Part shown: positions 46,787 through 56,514 of the stretch, piece after piece | Layout: each line of letters opens with the position of its first letter | Numbering within the stretch: position 1 is the stretch's first letter | Assembly (NCBI GenBank): GCA_947451935.1 | Contig: CANGBH010000005.1 | Span: forward strand, 2,685-66,684 | Length of the DNA: 64,000 nucleotides | Source of the DNA: Chitinophagaceae bacterium | GTDB taxonomy: Bacteria; Bacteroidota; Bacteroidia; Chitinophagales; Chitinophagaceae | Reading direction: 5' to 3' | Program-made: the position numbers and the translations under genes | Notes under the pieces: model-generated | Databases searched by the model: none | Told to the model about the DNA's origin: nothing | What the model saw: the letters and a program-made list of their open reading frames with translations, nothing else

Positions 46787-47398
46787 TTACACACCCATGC
46801 TGATTTCTTGTGAACAGCTAGCGTATTCAGTTTTGTCATTGCTGCTTATTACAACAAGTTTGTCTTTGCAGTACCCTTGAATTAGATGTTTATAGAGGTC
46901 AATCCCTTGTTGATCAAGGTTAGTACAGGGTTCATCTAAGAATAAAATCGGAGTATCGGTAAAAAATGCTTGAGCTAGTTTGACCCGTTGTTTCATACCA
47001 CTGCTATAGTATCGTATTTGTTTGTTTTTTGCTTTTGAGAGTCCAATTTCCTCTAAAATCGCTTCTGGCGACACTTCATCTATGAATGGCTTAAAGCTTT
47101 GGTGGTAATTCAAAAACTCTAATGCCGTCATTTCTTCAATCAATTCCATATACGGAGCGCAGATTGAAAAGTACTTGTATTGTTCTTGTTCTTTGATTTT
47201 TCCATTACATAAGGAATAGGAAATTTCACCTTCGTTGATGTACAAGGCTCCAGCTAAACATTGCAAAAATGTTGACTTTCCTGAGCCATTATAGCCAGTT
47301 ATAGCATAATGAGATCCTTGATTTAGCTCCAGATTTTGGTTTCTAAAAATCCATTCTCGGTTGAATCGTTTTCCGGCATTAATCACCGTGATCTTCAT
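46787..47398 (-). CDS. ABC transporter ATP-binding protein (stand-alone ATPase)
   Basis: Walker A GYNGSGKST, signature YSSGMKQR, Walker B ILFLDEP. ATG 47398 overlaps the lpxA 3' end by 20 nt. Confidence 0.8.
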   Translation of the reverse strand: MKITVINAGKRFNREWIFRNQNLELNQGSHYAITGYNGSGKSTFLQCLAGALYINEGEISYSLCNGKIKEQEQYKYFSICAPYMELIEEMTALEFLNYHQSFKPFIDEVSPEAILEEIGLSKAKNKQIRYYSSGMKQRVKLAQAFFTDTPILFLDEPCTNLDQQGIDLYKHLIQGYCKDKLVVISSNDKTEYASCSQEISMGV

Positions 47399-48185
47399 CC
47401 GTTGAATTTTTAGTGAAGCGTTTAATGATACCTCGAGTGCTTTCACGAACAAACGTCACAATTTCGTCACGCTCGTCTGTGACCGGGAACTCTTCCTCGA
47501 TCAGGTCCATTGCCTGAGTAGTGTTTAGGCCTTTGTTATAGATGGTGCGGTATATATCGAGGATTTCATTTATTTTTTCAACTGAAAATCCTTTTCGTTT
47601 TAAACCAACCGAGTTTACCCCTGCATAAGAGATTGGAGTTCTTCCTGCTTTAATATATGGTGGAATATCTTTTCTAACTAGCGATCCTCCTGCAACAAAG
47701 GAATGTTGTCCAATTTTCACAAATTGGTGCACCGCACACATGCCCGCTAAAATGGCATAATCTCCCATAATGACATGGCCTGCCATTTGTGTATTGTTGC
47801 TCATGATGCAGTTGTTGCCTATGATACAGTCATGTGCGATATGGCTATAGGCCATAATTAAACAATCGTCTCCAACTATCGTTTTCCATCTATCCTTAGT
47901 TCCTCTATGTATGGTTACGAACTCACGAATAGTAGTATTGTTACCAATCTCAACACTAGTTTCCTCACCTTCAAATTTTAGATCTTGTGGTGCAGCGGAA
48001 ATTACAGCACCTGGAAAAATGCGACAGTTTTTCCCTATTCGTGCGCCGTCCATGATGGTAACATTGCTGCCAATCCATGTACCTTCACCTACTTCTACAT
48101 TTTGATGTATTACTGAAAAGGGATCAATCTTTACATTAGTCGCGATGCGAGCATTATGGTGTATGTATGTATGTGGATGGATCAT
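47379..48185 (-). CDS. lpxA: Acyl-ACP--UDP-N-acetylglucosamine O-acyltransferase
   Basis: 268 aa. Left-handed beta-helix hexapeptide repeats and the LpxA C-terminal helical domain. Lies in the lpxD-lpxC/fabZ-lpxA order. Confidence 0.92.
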   Translation of the reverse strand: MIHPHTYIHHNARIATNVKIDPFSVIHQNVEVGEGTWIGSNVTIMDGARIGKNCRIFPGAVISAAPQDLKFEGEETSVEIGNNTTIREFVTIHRGTKDRWKTIVGDDCLIMAYSHIAHDCIIGNNCIMSNNTQMAGHVIMGDYAILAGMCAVHQFVKIGQHSFVAGGSLVRKDIPPYIKAGRTPISYAGVNSVGLKRKGFSVEKINEILDIYRTIYNKGLNTTQAMDLIEEEFPVTDERDEIVTFVRESTRGIIKRFTKNSTDEDHGD

Positions 48186-48203
48186 AGTTTCTGTCTAATT
48201 GTA

Positions 48204-49646
48204 TTAAAGCCTTTCTCTTTTGACTATTTGTGCCATGAGGATTGCTTCGGTCATAATTTTATTTCCAACGTAAACAGTTCCTTGCATTTCACAAAGTCCC
48301 CTTCGTATCGGTCCTATTCTTTCCATTTTCAAAATCATGGTATCTCCTGGAACAACTTTTTGTTTGAATTTGCAGTTGTCTATTTTTACAAAGTATGTAT
48401 CATATTCACCAGGTGGGAGAGAATTGATTGCCAAGATACCACCGGTTTGAGCTAATGCCTCAATCTGCATAACGCCTGGCATTACAGGATTCCCTGGGAA
48501 ATGTCCTGAGAAAAAGCTCTCATTAAATGTCACATTTTTTATACCGATGATATGGGTATCAGTTAGTTCAACCACTTTGTCTACAAGAAGAAAAGGATGC
48601 CTATGCGGCAATACTTTTTCAATCTGTTGAGTATTGTATACAGGGGGTTGATTTGGATCGTAAACTGGAACGTTTTTTACGTGTTTGTTCTTTTTAATGT
48701 AATTCTTTATCAGTTTTGCAAATTCAACATTTGAAAAATGACCTGGTCTGTTCGCGATGATATGCGCTTTGATTGGATAGCCTATCAATGCTAAATCACC
48801 AATAACATCCAATAATTTATGACGGGCAGGCTCATTTGGAAATCGTAATTCAAGGTTATTCAAATAGCCTCCATTTTCAACTTCAATTTTGTCTTTCTTA
48901 AAGATACCCGCTAATCTAGCCATTTCAGCTTCTGTAACAGGTTTGTCAACCACAACTATCGCGTTGTTGATGTCACCGCCTTTGATGAGGTTGTTGGCAA
49001 GCAGGGTTTCAAGTTCATGAAGAAAGCAGAATGTTCTACACGGAGCTATTTCTATTTTGAAGTCTGTTATATTTTTGAGACCTGCATGCTGGGTTCCCAA
49101 GACTGGACTATTAAAGTCAATCAAGGTAGTTACTTTATATTCTATCGCTGGCATGGCAATCATCTCGACACGTTTGTCTTCATGGTAATATGAAATATTC
49201 GTGTCTATTGTATACCAATGTTTGGTTGCATCTTGTTCTTCGATACCAACTTTTTCCAGGATCTCAATAAAGGGCTGTGAGCTTCCATCAATGATTGGAA
49301 TTTCAGGGCCATTAATTTCAACAAGACAATTATCTACTCCCATTCCAACTAAAGCAGCTAGAATATGTTCTACAGTGCTTACTTTGGCGCCATTGTCTTC
49401 TAGGGTTGTTCCTCTAGAGGTATCTGTTACCAAATCGCAATCCGCCTTTACAATAGGCTGCCCGGGCAAATCAGTCCGCTTAAACTGTATGCCAAATCCC
49501 GGATTAGCGGGATTCAATACCATGTCCACTAAAATTCCTGTGTGTAGCCCGGTTCCAGATATACTAACGGGTCCTTTTACGGTATGCTGCTTGTCTTGAT
49601 TGAAGTTATCTTTCATCAAAAAATATTGACTGCGAAGATAAGCCAT
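48204..49646 (-). CDS. lpxC/fabZ: Bifunctional UDP-3-O-acyl-GlcNAc deacetylase / 3-hydroxyacyl-ACP dehydratase
   Basis: N-terminal LpxC (GTGLHTG, TTL..., HxxxD region). C-terminal FabZ hotdog (LPHRHPFLLVD ... FFSGHFPGNPVMPGV). This fusion is typical of Bacteroidota. The start could instead be ATG 49616. Confidence 0.92.
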   Translation of the reverse strand: MAYLRSQYFLMKDNFNQDKQHTVKGPVSISGTGLHTGILVDMVLNPANPGFGIQFKRTDLPGQPIVKADCDLVTDTSRGTTLEDNGAKVSTVEHILAALVGMGVDNCLVEINGPEIPIIDGSSQPFIEILEKVGIEEQDATKHWYTIDTNISYYHEDKRVEMIAMPAIEYKVTTLIDFNSPVLGTQHAGLKNITDFKIEIAPCRTFCFLHELETLLANNLIKGGDINNAIVVVDKPVTEAEMARLAGIFKKDKIEVENGGYLNNLELRFPNEPARHKLLDVIGDLALIGYPIKAHIIANRPGHFSNVEFAKLIKNYIKKNKHVKNVPVYDPNQPPVYNTQQIEKVLPHRHPFLLVDKVVELTDTHIIGIKNVTFNESFFSGHFPGNPVMPGVMQIEALAQTGGILAINSLPPGEYDTYFVKIDNCKFKQKVVPGDTMILKMERIGPIRRGLCEMQGTVYVGNKIMTEAILMAQIVKRERL

Positions 49647-49710
49647 TTTTATAGGTCAATGGCCTCTGTAATGACTTGATTTATAATAAATGGCAGTTTA
49701 AAAACGCAGT

Positions 49711-50751
49711 TTAACTATTTTTTAATTCTGCTAAGAGCATTTCTAATTCTTTAATTTTTTTCTCGAGTTCAGGTAACCTCCTAAGCATAGCCTGCGACCT
49801 CATAGAGGCCATATAATCAACTGCTGGCGTGCCGTTCAAGGATGTATTGGGCTCTTTTATGGTTTTGGTGATACCGCTCTGTCCGCCAACTTTAGTTCCA
49901 TTAGCAACGGTAATGTGCCCATTTATTCCAACCTGACCGCCAATCATAACCCTTTTCCCAATTTTTGTGCTACCGCTGATTCCGGTTTGAGCTGCGATTA
50001 CGCTGTCTTCGCCTATTTCCACATTATGGCCAACTTGAAGAAGATTATCCAATTTTGTCCCTCTTTTTATGGTGGTTGACCCCATCGTAGCTCGATCAAT
50101 GCACGTATTAGCACCTATTTCAACATGATCTTCAATTACTACATTGCCGAGTTGAGGCACTTTTTGATAAGAACCATCAGCTGTCGGCGCAAATCCAAAT
50201 CCATCACTTCCTATTACGGTGCCAGCATGAATAGTTACCTCTTGACCAATCTGGCATTCATGGTAAATCTTTACGCCCGGGTGTAAAACTGAATTTTGCC
50301 CAACCTTCACTTTATTTCCTATAAAAACTTGGGGATGAATTTTTACATTATCCTCAATAATAGCATGTTCTCCTATGTATGAAAAGGCTCCAATGAATAC
50401 ATCTCTGCCAATAGTTGCAGATGGATGTATATAAGATGGCTCCTGAATGCCTACTAATTGTTGGGCTGAAATCTGCTGATAATGTTGCATGAGCTGAGCA
50501 AATGAGGCATATGGATCTTTTACGCGAATCAATGTTGAATTGATAGGTGACTTTAATTCCAGCTTTTCATCAATTATAACAATACCTGCTTGTGTTGTAT
50601 ATAAGAATTCCTCATATTTAGGGTTAGCTAAAAAGGCAAGATCTGCCTGCTGAGCTTCCTCGATTTTGGCAAATGCACCAATATGTTTATTGGCATCTCC
50701 TTCAATCTTCCCCCCAATTAAAGCGCTTATTTGTTGTGCTGAAAACTGCAT
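49711..50751 (-). CDS. lpxD: UDP-3-O-(3-hydroxyacyl)glucosamine N-acyltransferase
   Basis: 346 aa. LpxD N-terminal domain, hexapeptide beta-helix and C-terminal helix. Confidence 0.92.
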   Translation of the reverse strand: MQFSAQQISALIGGKIEGDANKHIGAFAKIEEAQQADLAFLANPKYEEFLYTTQAGIVIIDEKLELKSPINSTLIRVKDPYASFAQLMQHYQQISAQQLVGIQEPSYIHPSATIGRDVFIGAFSYIGEHAIIEDNVKIHPQVFIGNKVKVGQNSVLHPGVKIYHECQIGQEVTIHAGTVIGSDGFGFAPTADGSYQKVPQLGNVVIEDHVEIGANTCIDRATMGSTTIKRGTKLDNLLQVGHNVEIGEDSVIAAQTGISGSTKIGKRVMIGGQVGINGHITVANGTKVGGQSGITKTIKEPNTSLNGTPAVDYMASMRSQAMLRRLPELEKKIKELEMLLAELKNS

Positions 50752-50824
50752 GTTATAATGTTGAATCCGGTTAGTGGACTAAAACCCTATTTCCAGATTG
50801 TTAATGTTGGTTGGACTCACCAAA

Positions 50825-52036
50825 CTATGGTTGGTAAAAACAAATGTAAAATTTTTTTACAGGACGTGATAGGTTTTGATGGATGAGCGGTGTGTCTACT
50901 TGAGAGATATCTCGAACCCGACCATCTTTGAATAGCATATTGATTTTTTCATTGTTGGGGTCGTATAAGCTATTTTCAGCCTCGCCAAGGAATACTAAAA
51001 ACGAGCTATCTTCCGACGAAATAGAAAGCTTTGTCTCCAATGCCTCTTTTTTTTCTGCTAATTCTTCAATGGTTATAGGTTCTGATTGTAACCTAAGTTT
51101 TAGAAGGTCTCTGCTTAAAAGGGCATTACACAACAAAGAGAGTACCGGGTCAGGGTGGGTTTTCCAGTTTTTTATAGAAAAAAGGATATCACTATCATCC
51201 AAATCGCAAAACATGGATAAATGAGATTTTTCAAAGTGGCTTATTTCTTTGAACAGGAGTTTGCCCAATCGGTTGTCTTCGTCTACACGTAATCTATTTT
51301 TTAGAAATAGCCACTTCGCTCGTTCAAGGATTTTAACAAGTGTCATTTCTGCACTTAGCACTGTCTTGTGCTGATACACTTGCCAATACATTAATCTCCT
51401 AGAAACTAAAAATTCCTCAATGGTATAGATTCCCTTTTCTTCAACCATGAGCTCTCCATCATGCACCGTAATCATTTTTATGATTCGATCATATCCAATC
51501 ATTCCTTCAATAACTCCAGTATAAAAACTATCTCTTGTTAAATAGTCCATTCGGTCAACATCCAACTGACCACTGACAAGTTGATGCAGAAACTTTTTAT
51601 GGTATGTATTTTTAAACACTTCAATAGCCATAGAGAGCTTTCCATCCATTTCCTCATTCAGCGTTTTCATGATCATTAATGAAAGGGTTTCGTGTTCGAT
51701 ATCCTTTGCGAGTAATGATTCAAGGGCATGTGAGAATGGACCATGTCCAATATCATGAAGTAAAATGGCGATTTTAGCAGCTTGCTCTTCAGCTGGTGTA
51801 ATTTCAATTCCTTTAGTCCTCAGCTCGTACAAAGCATTATGCATCAAATGGTATGCACCAAGTGCATGATGAAGCCTAGAGTGAACAGCACCTGGATAAA
51901 CCAGGTAAGACATTGCCATTTGATTTATTCTTCTTAAACGCTGAAACCAAGGATGTGAGATAAGTTCAAATATAAGTGGATCACTTATAGTGATGAATCC
52001 ATGAACAGGGTCGTTTATTATTTTTCTAAATGACAT
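50825..52036 (-). CDS. HD-domain phosphohydrolase (SAMHD1/dNTPase-like)
   Basis: N-terminal INDPVHGFITI, metal ligands HSRLHHALG...LLHDIGHGPFSH, and DVDRMDYLTRD. Confidence 0.8.
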   Translation of the reverse strand: MSFRKIINDPVHGFITISDPLIFELISHPWFQRLRRINQMAMSYLVYPGAVHSRLHHALGAYHLMHNALYELRTKGIEITPAEEQAAKIAILLHDIGHGPFSHALESLLAKDIEHETLSLMIMKTLNEEMDGKLSMAIEVFKNTYHKKFLHQLVSGQLDVDRMDYLTRDSFYTGVIEGMIGYDRIIKMITVHDGELMVEEKGIYTIEEFLVSRRLMYWQVYQHKTVLSAEMTLVKILERAKWLFLKNRLRVDEDNRLGKLLFKEISHFEKSHLSMFCDLDDSDILFSIKNWKTHPDPVLSLLCNALLSRDLLKLRLQSEPITIEELAEKKEALETKLSISSEDSSFLVFLGEAENSLYDPNNEKINMLFKDGRVRDISQVDTPLIHQNLSRPVKKFYICFYQP

Positions 52037-52273
52037 GAATACGTAAATTATTATTTTTTATTTGGCCCTTTGCAAAGGTATGAAGGCAAACATGGATTTA
52101 ATCAACTTTATTCAATTTCAATACATGGTTAAAAATACTCATATGCTTTACTCTTTGTTAATTTTTCATAGTTGTGTAAGGACAGAATCAATGTCTACAT
52201 GATTATTAACAAATAAGGGGCAAAATGTTTACAACTAATTTCGATTCACTGCATAATGACTTTTATCATTCAG

Positions 52274-52281
52274 TAAATTTG
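52274..52281 (+). promoter_or_regulatory. Candidate -7 box (TAAATTTG) for the 92-aa ORF / MBL gene pair
   Basis: Exact TAnnTTTG match 16 nt upstream of ATG 52297. Confidence 0.25.
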
Positions 52282-52296
52282 TAAAAATCCCAAACG

Positions 52297-52575
52297 ATGA
52301 AAATCCGATATACACCCGCTACGTTGGAGAAAATAGAAAAGATTGTATCTGAGGTTGGATATATTATTCGTTATGAAAGAGGTACTTTTCAAAGTGGATA
52401 TTGCATCTTGGAATCTAAGCGAGTTGTTGTCTTAAATAAATTCTTACAAACAGAAGGACGAATCAATACCTTAATTGATTTGTTACCTATTTTGAATATT
52501 GAAGCTGATCACCTGAGTGCTGAAAGCAGAAAAATGTTTGAGGAAGTTATCACAAAACCTGAGATGGTCGCTTAA
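52297..52575 (+). CDS. Small conserved-looking hypothetical protein (92 aa)
   Basis: Clean ATG ORF in a 260-nt-plus gap. Non-repetitive, globular-looking sequence (GTFQSGYCILESKRVVVLNKF). No family recognised. Confidence 0.5.
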   Translation: MKIRYTPATLEKIEKIVSEVGYIIRYERGTFQSGYCILESKRVVVLNKFLQTEGRINTLIDLLPILNIEADHLSAESRKMFEEVITKPEMVA

Positions 52576-52614
52576 TTAGTCACATCTTTAGCATTATACC
52601 TAAATCAATCCTAC

Positions 52615-53391
52615 TTGGGGCATACAATAGAATTTTTGGGAACTGGAACGAGTAGCGGAGTTCCCATGATTGCATGCCAATGTGCTGTCTGCAGCTCAAA
52701 AAATATAAAAGATACGCGCTTAAGAAGCAGTATTTTGATTAAATCGGACAAGACTGTTGTTGTTATCGATACTACCCCAGATTTTCGTTATCAAATGCTG
52801 CGCTCACATGTTGCACATTTAGATGCTGTTTTGTTTACTCACTCTCATAAGGATCACATAGCAGGCCTAGATGACATAAAAGCCTACAATTTTATTTCTC
52901 AACGCCCCATGTCGCTATTTGCAAACACAGAAACATGTGATGCATTGAGACGCGATTTTTATTATGCTTTCGCAGATAAAAAATATCCTGGGATACCACA
53001 ACTCGACTTAAATCTCATCGATCATGAACCCTTTTCAGTGATGGACATTGATTTTATTCCCATCAAAGTTAGGCACCTGAATATGGATGTTCACGGATAT
53101 CGACTTGGGAATTTTACCTATATCACCGACGCGAATCATATTGAAGATTCAGAAAAAGAAAAAATTAAAGGAAGCCAAGTACTGGTTATTAATGCACTTA
53201 GAAAAGAAAAGCATCTCTCTCATTTCACTTTACAAGAAGCCATTGACTTGGCTACGGAACTTGAAATTCCAACCACCTACTTTACTCACTTAAGCCATCA
53301 AATGGGCCTACACGATGAGGTGAGTTCGTCGCTTCCCAAAGGAATGTTTCTTGCTTATGATGGATTAGTTCTTCATGTGAATAATGCCTAA
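52615..53391 (+). CDS. MBL-fold metallo-hydrolase (PhnP-like)
   Basis: FLGTGTSSGVP, Cys cluster CQCAVC, HxHxDH motif (THSHKDHIAG). TTG start. Confidence 0.8.
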   Translation: MGHTIEFLGTGTSSGVPMIACQCAVCSSKNIKDTRLRSSILIKSDKTVVVIDTTPDFRYQMLRSHVAHLDAVLFTHSHKDHIAGLDDIKAYNFISQRPMSLFANTETCDALRRDFYYAFADKKYPGIPQLDLNLIDHEPFSVMDIDFIPIKVRHLNMDVHGYRLGNFTYITDANHIEDSEKEKIKGSQVLVINALRKEKHLSHFTLQEAIDLATELEIPTTYFTHLSHQMGLHDEVSSSLPKGMFLAYDGLVLHVNNA

Positions 53392-53451
53392 TTATTAAGG
53401 TGATTTTCTCATTGCAAATGTAGGTGTGCCATATACTTTTGTTTTCTCCTC

Positions 53452-54360
53452 ATGAAGAAAACACTTTTACAATTCCTTGATTTCTCAAAAAAAGAACGAA
53501 CGGGGATTTATGTTTTACTATTTGTTTCAACGTGCACCTGGGTATTACCTGTTTTTTTCAGCAATGATAATATCGATTTAAGTTCAGCGGAGATTACTAT
53601 TCTCGACGCTAAAATAAAAACACTACAAAACGATTCGTTTACTCATTTTAGGTCAAACATAGTTGAGTCTCACCCTGAACTGAATGAAACCACACTCGTT
53701 GAAGAGCATGCTTTGTTCAATTTTGATCCCAATAAAATTGGCGTGCAAGAATGGATCAAACTTGGTGTTAAAGAAAAAACCGCACAGACCATTCTCAAGT
53801 ATGTGAGAGCAGGTGGTAGGTTTCGTGATAAACATGATTTGAAGAAAATATTTGGTTTATCACCAGGCCAAGTAGAACGCTTGATGCCTTATGTAGTATT
53901 TTCTGAAGTGATAGAAGGTGTTAGGGATAAGCAAGTATATAGGGAAAAGCAGTTTGAACAATTACCTGTTGAACTGAATACGGCAGATAGCAATAAGCTC
54001 ATGTTGGCTCCGGGTATTGGGCAAAAACTGTCTGCTAGAATAATTAAGTACAGAGATCGCCTTGGGGGATTTGTATCTATGAGTCAGTTATCTGAAGTAT
54101 ATGGTATAACCGATTCGCTGCTCACTGCATTGCACCCGATATGGTTTGTAGGATTGTCGCCGAATATTAGAAAGCTTAATATTAATTCAATTGATTTAGA
54201 AGAATTAAGAAAACATCCTTATGTAAGTTTTTCGATGAGTAAGCTAATCATCGCATATAGGAATTCACATGGTCGTATAAACGACACGCAAGAGATGTAT
54301 TCTATTGCAGGAATAGATCGGGAAAAGTTAAATAAGTTGGTTCCTTACCTAGCGTATTGA
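53452..54360 (+). CDS. Helix-hairpin-helix (ComEA-like) domain protein, membrane-anchored
   Basis: N-terminal TM helix. Two HhH-like segments (LNTADSNKLMLAPGIGQKLSARII; INSIDLEELRKHPYV). Confidence 0.68.
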   Translation: MKKTLLQFLDFSKKERTGIYVLLFVSTCTWVLPVFFSNDNIDLSSAEITILDAKIKTLQNDSFTHFRSNIVESHPELNETTLVEEHALFNFDPNKIGVQEWIKLGVKEKTAQTILKYVRAGGRFRDKHDLKKIFGLSPGQVERLMPYVVFSEVIEGVRDKQVYREKQFEQLPVELNTADSNKLMLAPGIGQKLSARIIKYRDRLGGFVSMSQLSEVYGITDSLLTALHPIWFVGLSPNIRKLNINSIDLEELRKHPYVSFSMSKLIIAYRNSHGRINDTQEMYSIAGIDREKLNKLVPYLAY

Positions 54361-54362
54361 AC

Positions 54363-54539
54363 TCAGTCTAGAAAATCATCTTCAGCTTTTGGAGCATATT
54401 TATCAAATAACTTATCTATTGCCCCACCAAATACAGGAAATTTTTGTTTTGCAAAATCCTTTATGATTCTAATGGATTCCAAGGCTTGCTTTTCTGTCAT
54501 TTTCCCTTCTTTCATTAATTGTTCTATGAGCTCTTTCAT
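54363..54539 (-). CDS. Unannotated small ORF (58 aa) downstream of clpX
   Basis: Hand translation: MKELIEQLMKEGKMTEKQALESIRIIKDFAKQKFPVFGGAIDKLFDKYAPKAEDDFLD*. ATG lies 20 nt after the clpX stop on the same strand. It fills an otherwise empty 200-nt gap and falls below the 60-aa cutoff of the ORF track. Confidence 0.4.
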   Translation of the reverse strand: MKELIEQLMKEGKMTEKQALESIRIIKDFAKQKFPVFGGAIDKLFDKYAPKAEDDFLD

Positions 54540-54559
54540 AAAAAAGGGTATTTATACTG

Positions 54560-55822
54560 TTAAGCTACTTTTAGAATACTCATTTTAGAATGGTCGAATT
54601 TGTTCTTTGCATAGTCCAATGTAAGATTGAACTCTTTTTGTCCTGAAGATGGCATCTCAAACATTGCATCAGTCAAAATGCTTTCGCAAATTGAACGAAG
54701 GCCACGTGCACCTAGCTTGTATTCCATTGCCTTTTGAACCATGAAATCAAGAACTGGTTCTTCAATCTTTAGTGCAATGCCTTCCAAGTCGAATAACTTG
54801 GTGTATTGTTTAATGAGTGCATTTTTAGGTTGAACTAAAATAGCTCTAAGGGTTTCACTATCCAATGGATTTAAATAGGTGACTATTGGAAGACGGCCCA
54901 ATAATTCAGGAATCAAACCAAATGTTTTTAAATCTTGTGCATTAATAAATCGAAGCAGATTTGATTTCATATCATCCTGCATCTGTTTGTTGACATTGAA
55001 ACCTATGGAGTTGGTATTTACTCTTCGTGCGATTATTTTGTCAACTCCATCAAATGCACCGCCACAAATAAATAGAATATGCTGAGTATTAACTTTTATT
55101 AGTTTTTGGTCTGGGTGTTTGCGGCCTCCTTGTGGGGGTACCAATACTTCCGTGCCTTCTAACAATTTAAGTAATCCTTGTTGAACTCCTTCACCGCTTA
55201 CATCTCTAGTAATCGAGGGGTTATCACTCTTTCGGGCAATTTTGTCGATTTCATCAATATAGACAATGCCTTTCTCTGCAGCAGCAACATCATAATTGCA
55301 TACTTGTAAAAGCCTAGTCAATATACTTTCCACATCTTCTCCAACATAACCGGCTTCTGTAAATACGGTTGCATCTACAATGGCGAATGGAACATTAAGA
55401 AGTTTAGCAATGGTTTTTGCAAGCAGGGTTTTCCCTGTACCTGTTTCACCCACCATGATAACATTGCTTTTTTCAATTTCGATTTCTTCTACAGCCGCTT
55501 CCTTTTTATTTTTCACTTCTTTAGAAGGAGGTGTTTGCCTAAGTCTTTTGTAATGGTTATAAACAGCAACAGAAAGGATTTTTTTAGCTTCATCTTGACC
55601 GATTACATACTCATCGAGATGTTGTTTTAGCTCAACGGGCTTCTTTACAATAAGTTTAAATCCGGATTTCCCATCTTGTTTTTCAGTGACTTCTTGCTCT
55701 ACGATTTCTTGTGCATGTTCAACACATCCTTCGCATATATGACCCTCTTGACCAGCAATTAGGATCTTCACTTCATCGCGGCTTCTCCCGCAAAAGGAAC
55801 AGTGTAGTGTTGATTTAGACAT
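54560..55822 (-). CDS. clpX: ATP-dependent Clp protease ATP-binding subunit ClpX
   Basis: N-terminal zinc-binding CSFCGR...CEGC. Walker A GETGTGKT. Walker [10 protein letters not shown]. Pore loop and sensor motifs. Confidence 0.96.
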   Translation of the reverse strand: MSKSTLHCSFCGRSRDEVKILIAGQEGHICEGCVEHAQEIVEQEVTEKQDGKSGFKLIVKKPVELKQHLDEYVIGQDEAKKILSVAVYNHYKRLRQTPPSKEVKNKKEAAVEEIEIEKSNVIMVGETGTGKTLLAKTIAKLLNVPFAIVDATVFTEAGYVGEDVESILTRLLQVCNYDVAAAEKGIVYIDEIDKIARKSDNPSITRDVSGEGVQQGLLKLLEGTEVLVPPQGGRKHPDQKLIKVNTQHILFICGGAFDGVDKIIARRVNTNSIGFNVNKQMQDDMKSNLLRFINAQDLKTFGLIPELLGRLPIVTYLNPLDSETLRAILVQPKNALIKQYTKLFDLEGIALKIEEPVLDFMVQKAMEYKLGARGLRSICESILTDAMFEMPSSGQKEFNLTLDYAKNKFDHSKMSILKVA

Positions 55823-55877
55823 ATATCGAAATTAAGTGTTGCCCAATAGTGATTGTATACTATGGAGCAAAGATTGT

Positions 55878-56504
55878 TTATATTTTATTCAGCACACCAT
55901 CTACGATGCCATATTCTAGCGATTCTTTAGCACCCATCCAATAGTCTCGATCGAAATCTTTCATGATTTTCTCGAATGTTTGCCCACAGTTTTTAGCAAG
56001 GATATTGGCACCTAAATCTTTTATTTTTCTGATTTGTTCAGCCATGATTTCGAGGTCTGCAGATGTCCCTTGACCACCTCCCGATGGTTGATGTATCATT
56101 ACCTCTCCGTGAGGGAAAATAAAACGTCTACCTTTTTCGCCGCCACTTAATAATATAGAACCCATAGACGCAGCCATTCCCATACAAATGGTTGAAACAG
56201 GAGATGAAATCATCTGCATAGTGTCGTAGATAACCATACCACTAGTTACTACACCACCTGGACTATTGATATAAAATTTAATTTCTTTACCAGGATCGGT
56301 TGCTTCTAAAAACATTAATCTAGCCGTGATGTCCTTTGCAGAACGATCATCTACAACACCCCAGAGAAATATCTTTCTTTCTTCAATGAATTTTTTGTCG
56401 AATCGAGCTCCTGAGACCATCGACTCCATAATATTGTTATTTTCCTTTGGCTCTTGCTCCTCATCCATACGCGGTAAGGTGGAATATGTATGTGTGATAT
56501 TCAT
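55878..56504 (-). CDS. clpP: ClpP-family peptidase, divergent paralogue
   Basis: INSPGG, catalytic contexts GMAASMG / MIHQP / DRDYWM. The N-terminus is non-canonical and acidic. Start uncertain (ATG 56504, or internal Met at 56468). Confidence 0.85.
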   Translation of the reverse strand: MNITHTYSTLPRMDEEQEPKENNNIMESMVSGARFDKKFIEERKIFLWGVVDDRSAKDITARLMFLEATDPGKEIKFYINSPGGVVTSGMVIYDTMQMISSPVSTICMGMAASMGSILLSGGEKGRRFIFPHGEVMIHQPSGGGQGTSADLEIMAEQIRKIKDLGANILAKNCGQTFEKIMKDFDRDYWMGAKESLEYGIVDGVLNKI

Positions 56505-56514
56505 GTGTAAGTGT

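Noticed and set aside
52067-52078. Perfect 12-nt palindrome CCTTTGCAAAGG about 30-40 nt upstream of the HD-phosphohydrolase start, a possible operator.
   Set aside because: Perfect 12-mers of this kind are expected roughly a dozen times by chance in 64 kb. There is no second copy or partner regulator in the window.
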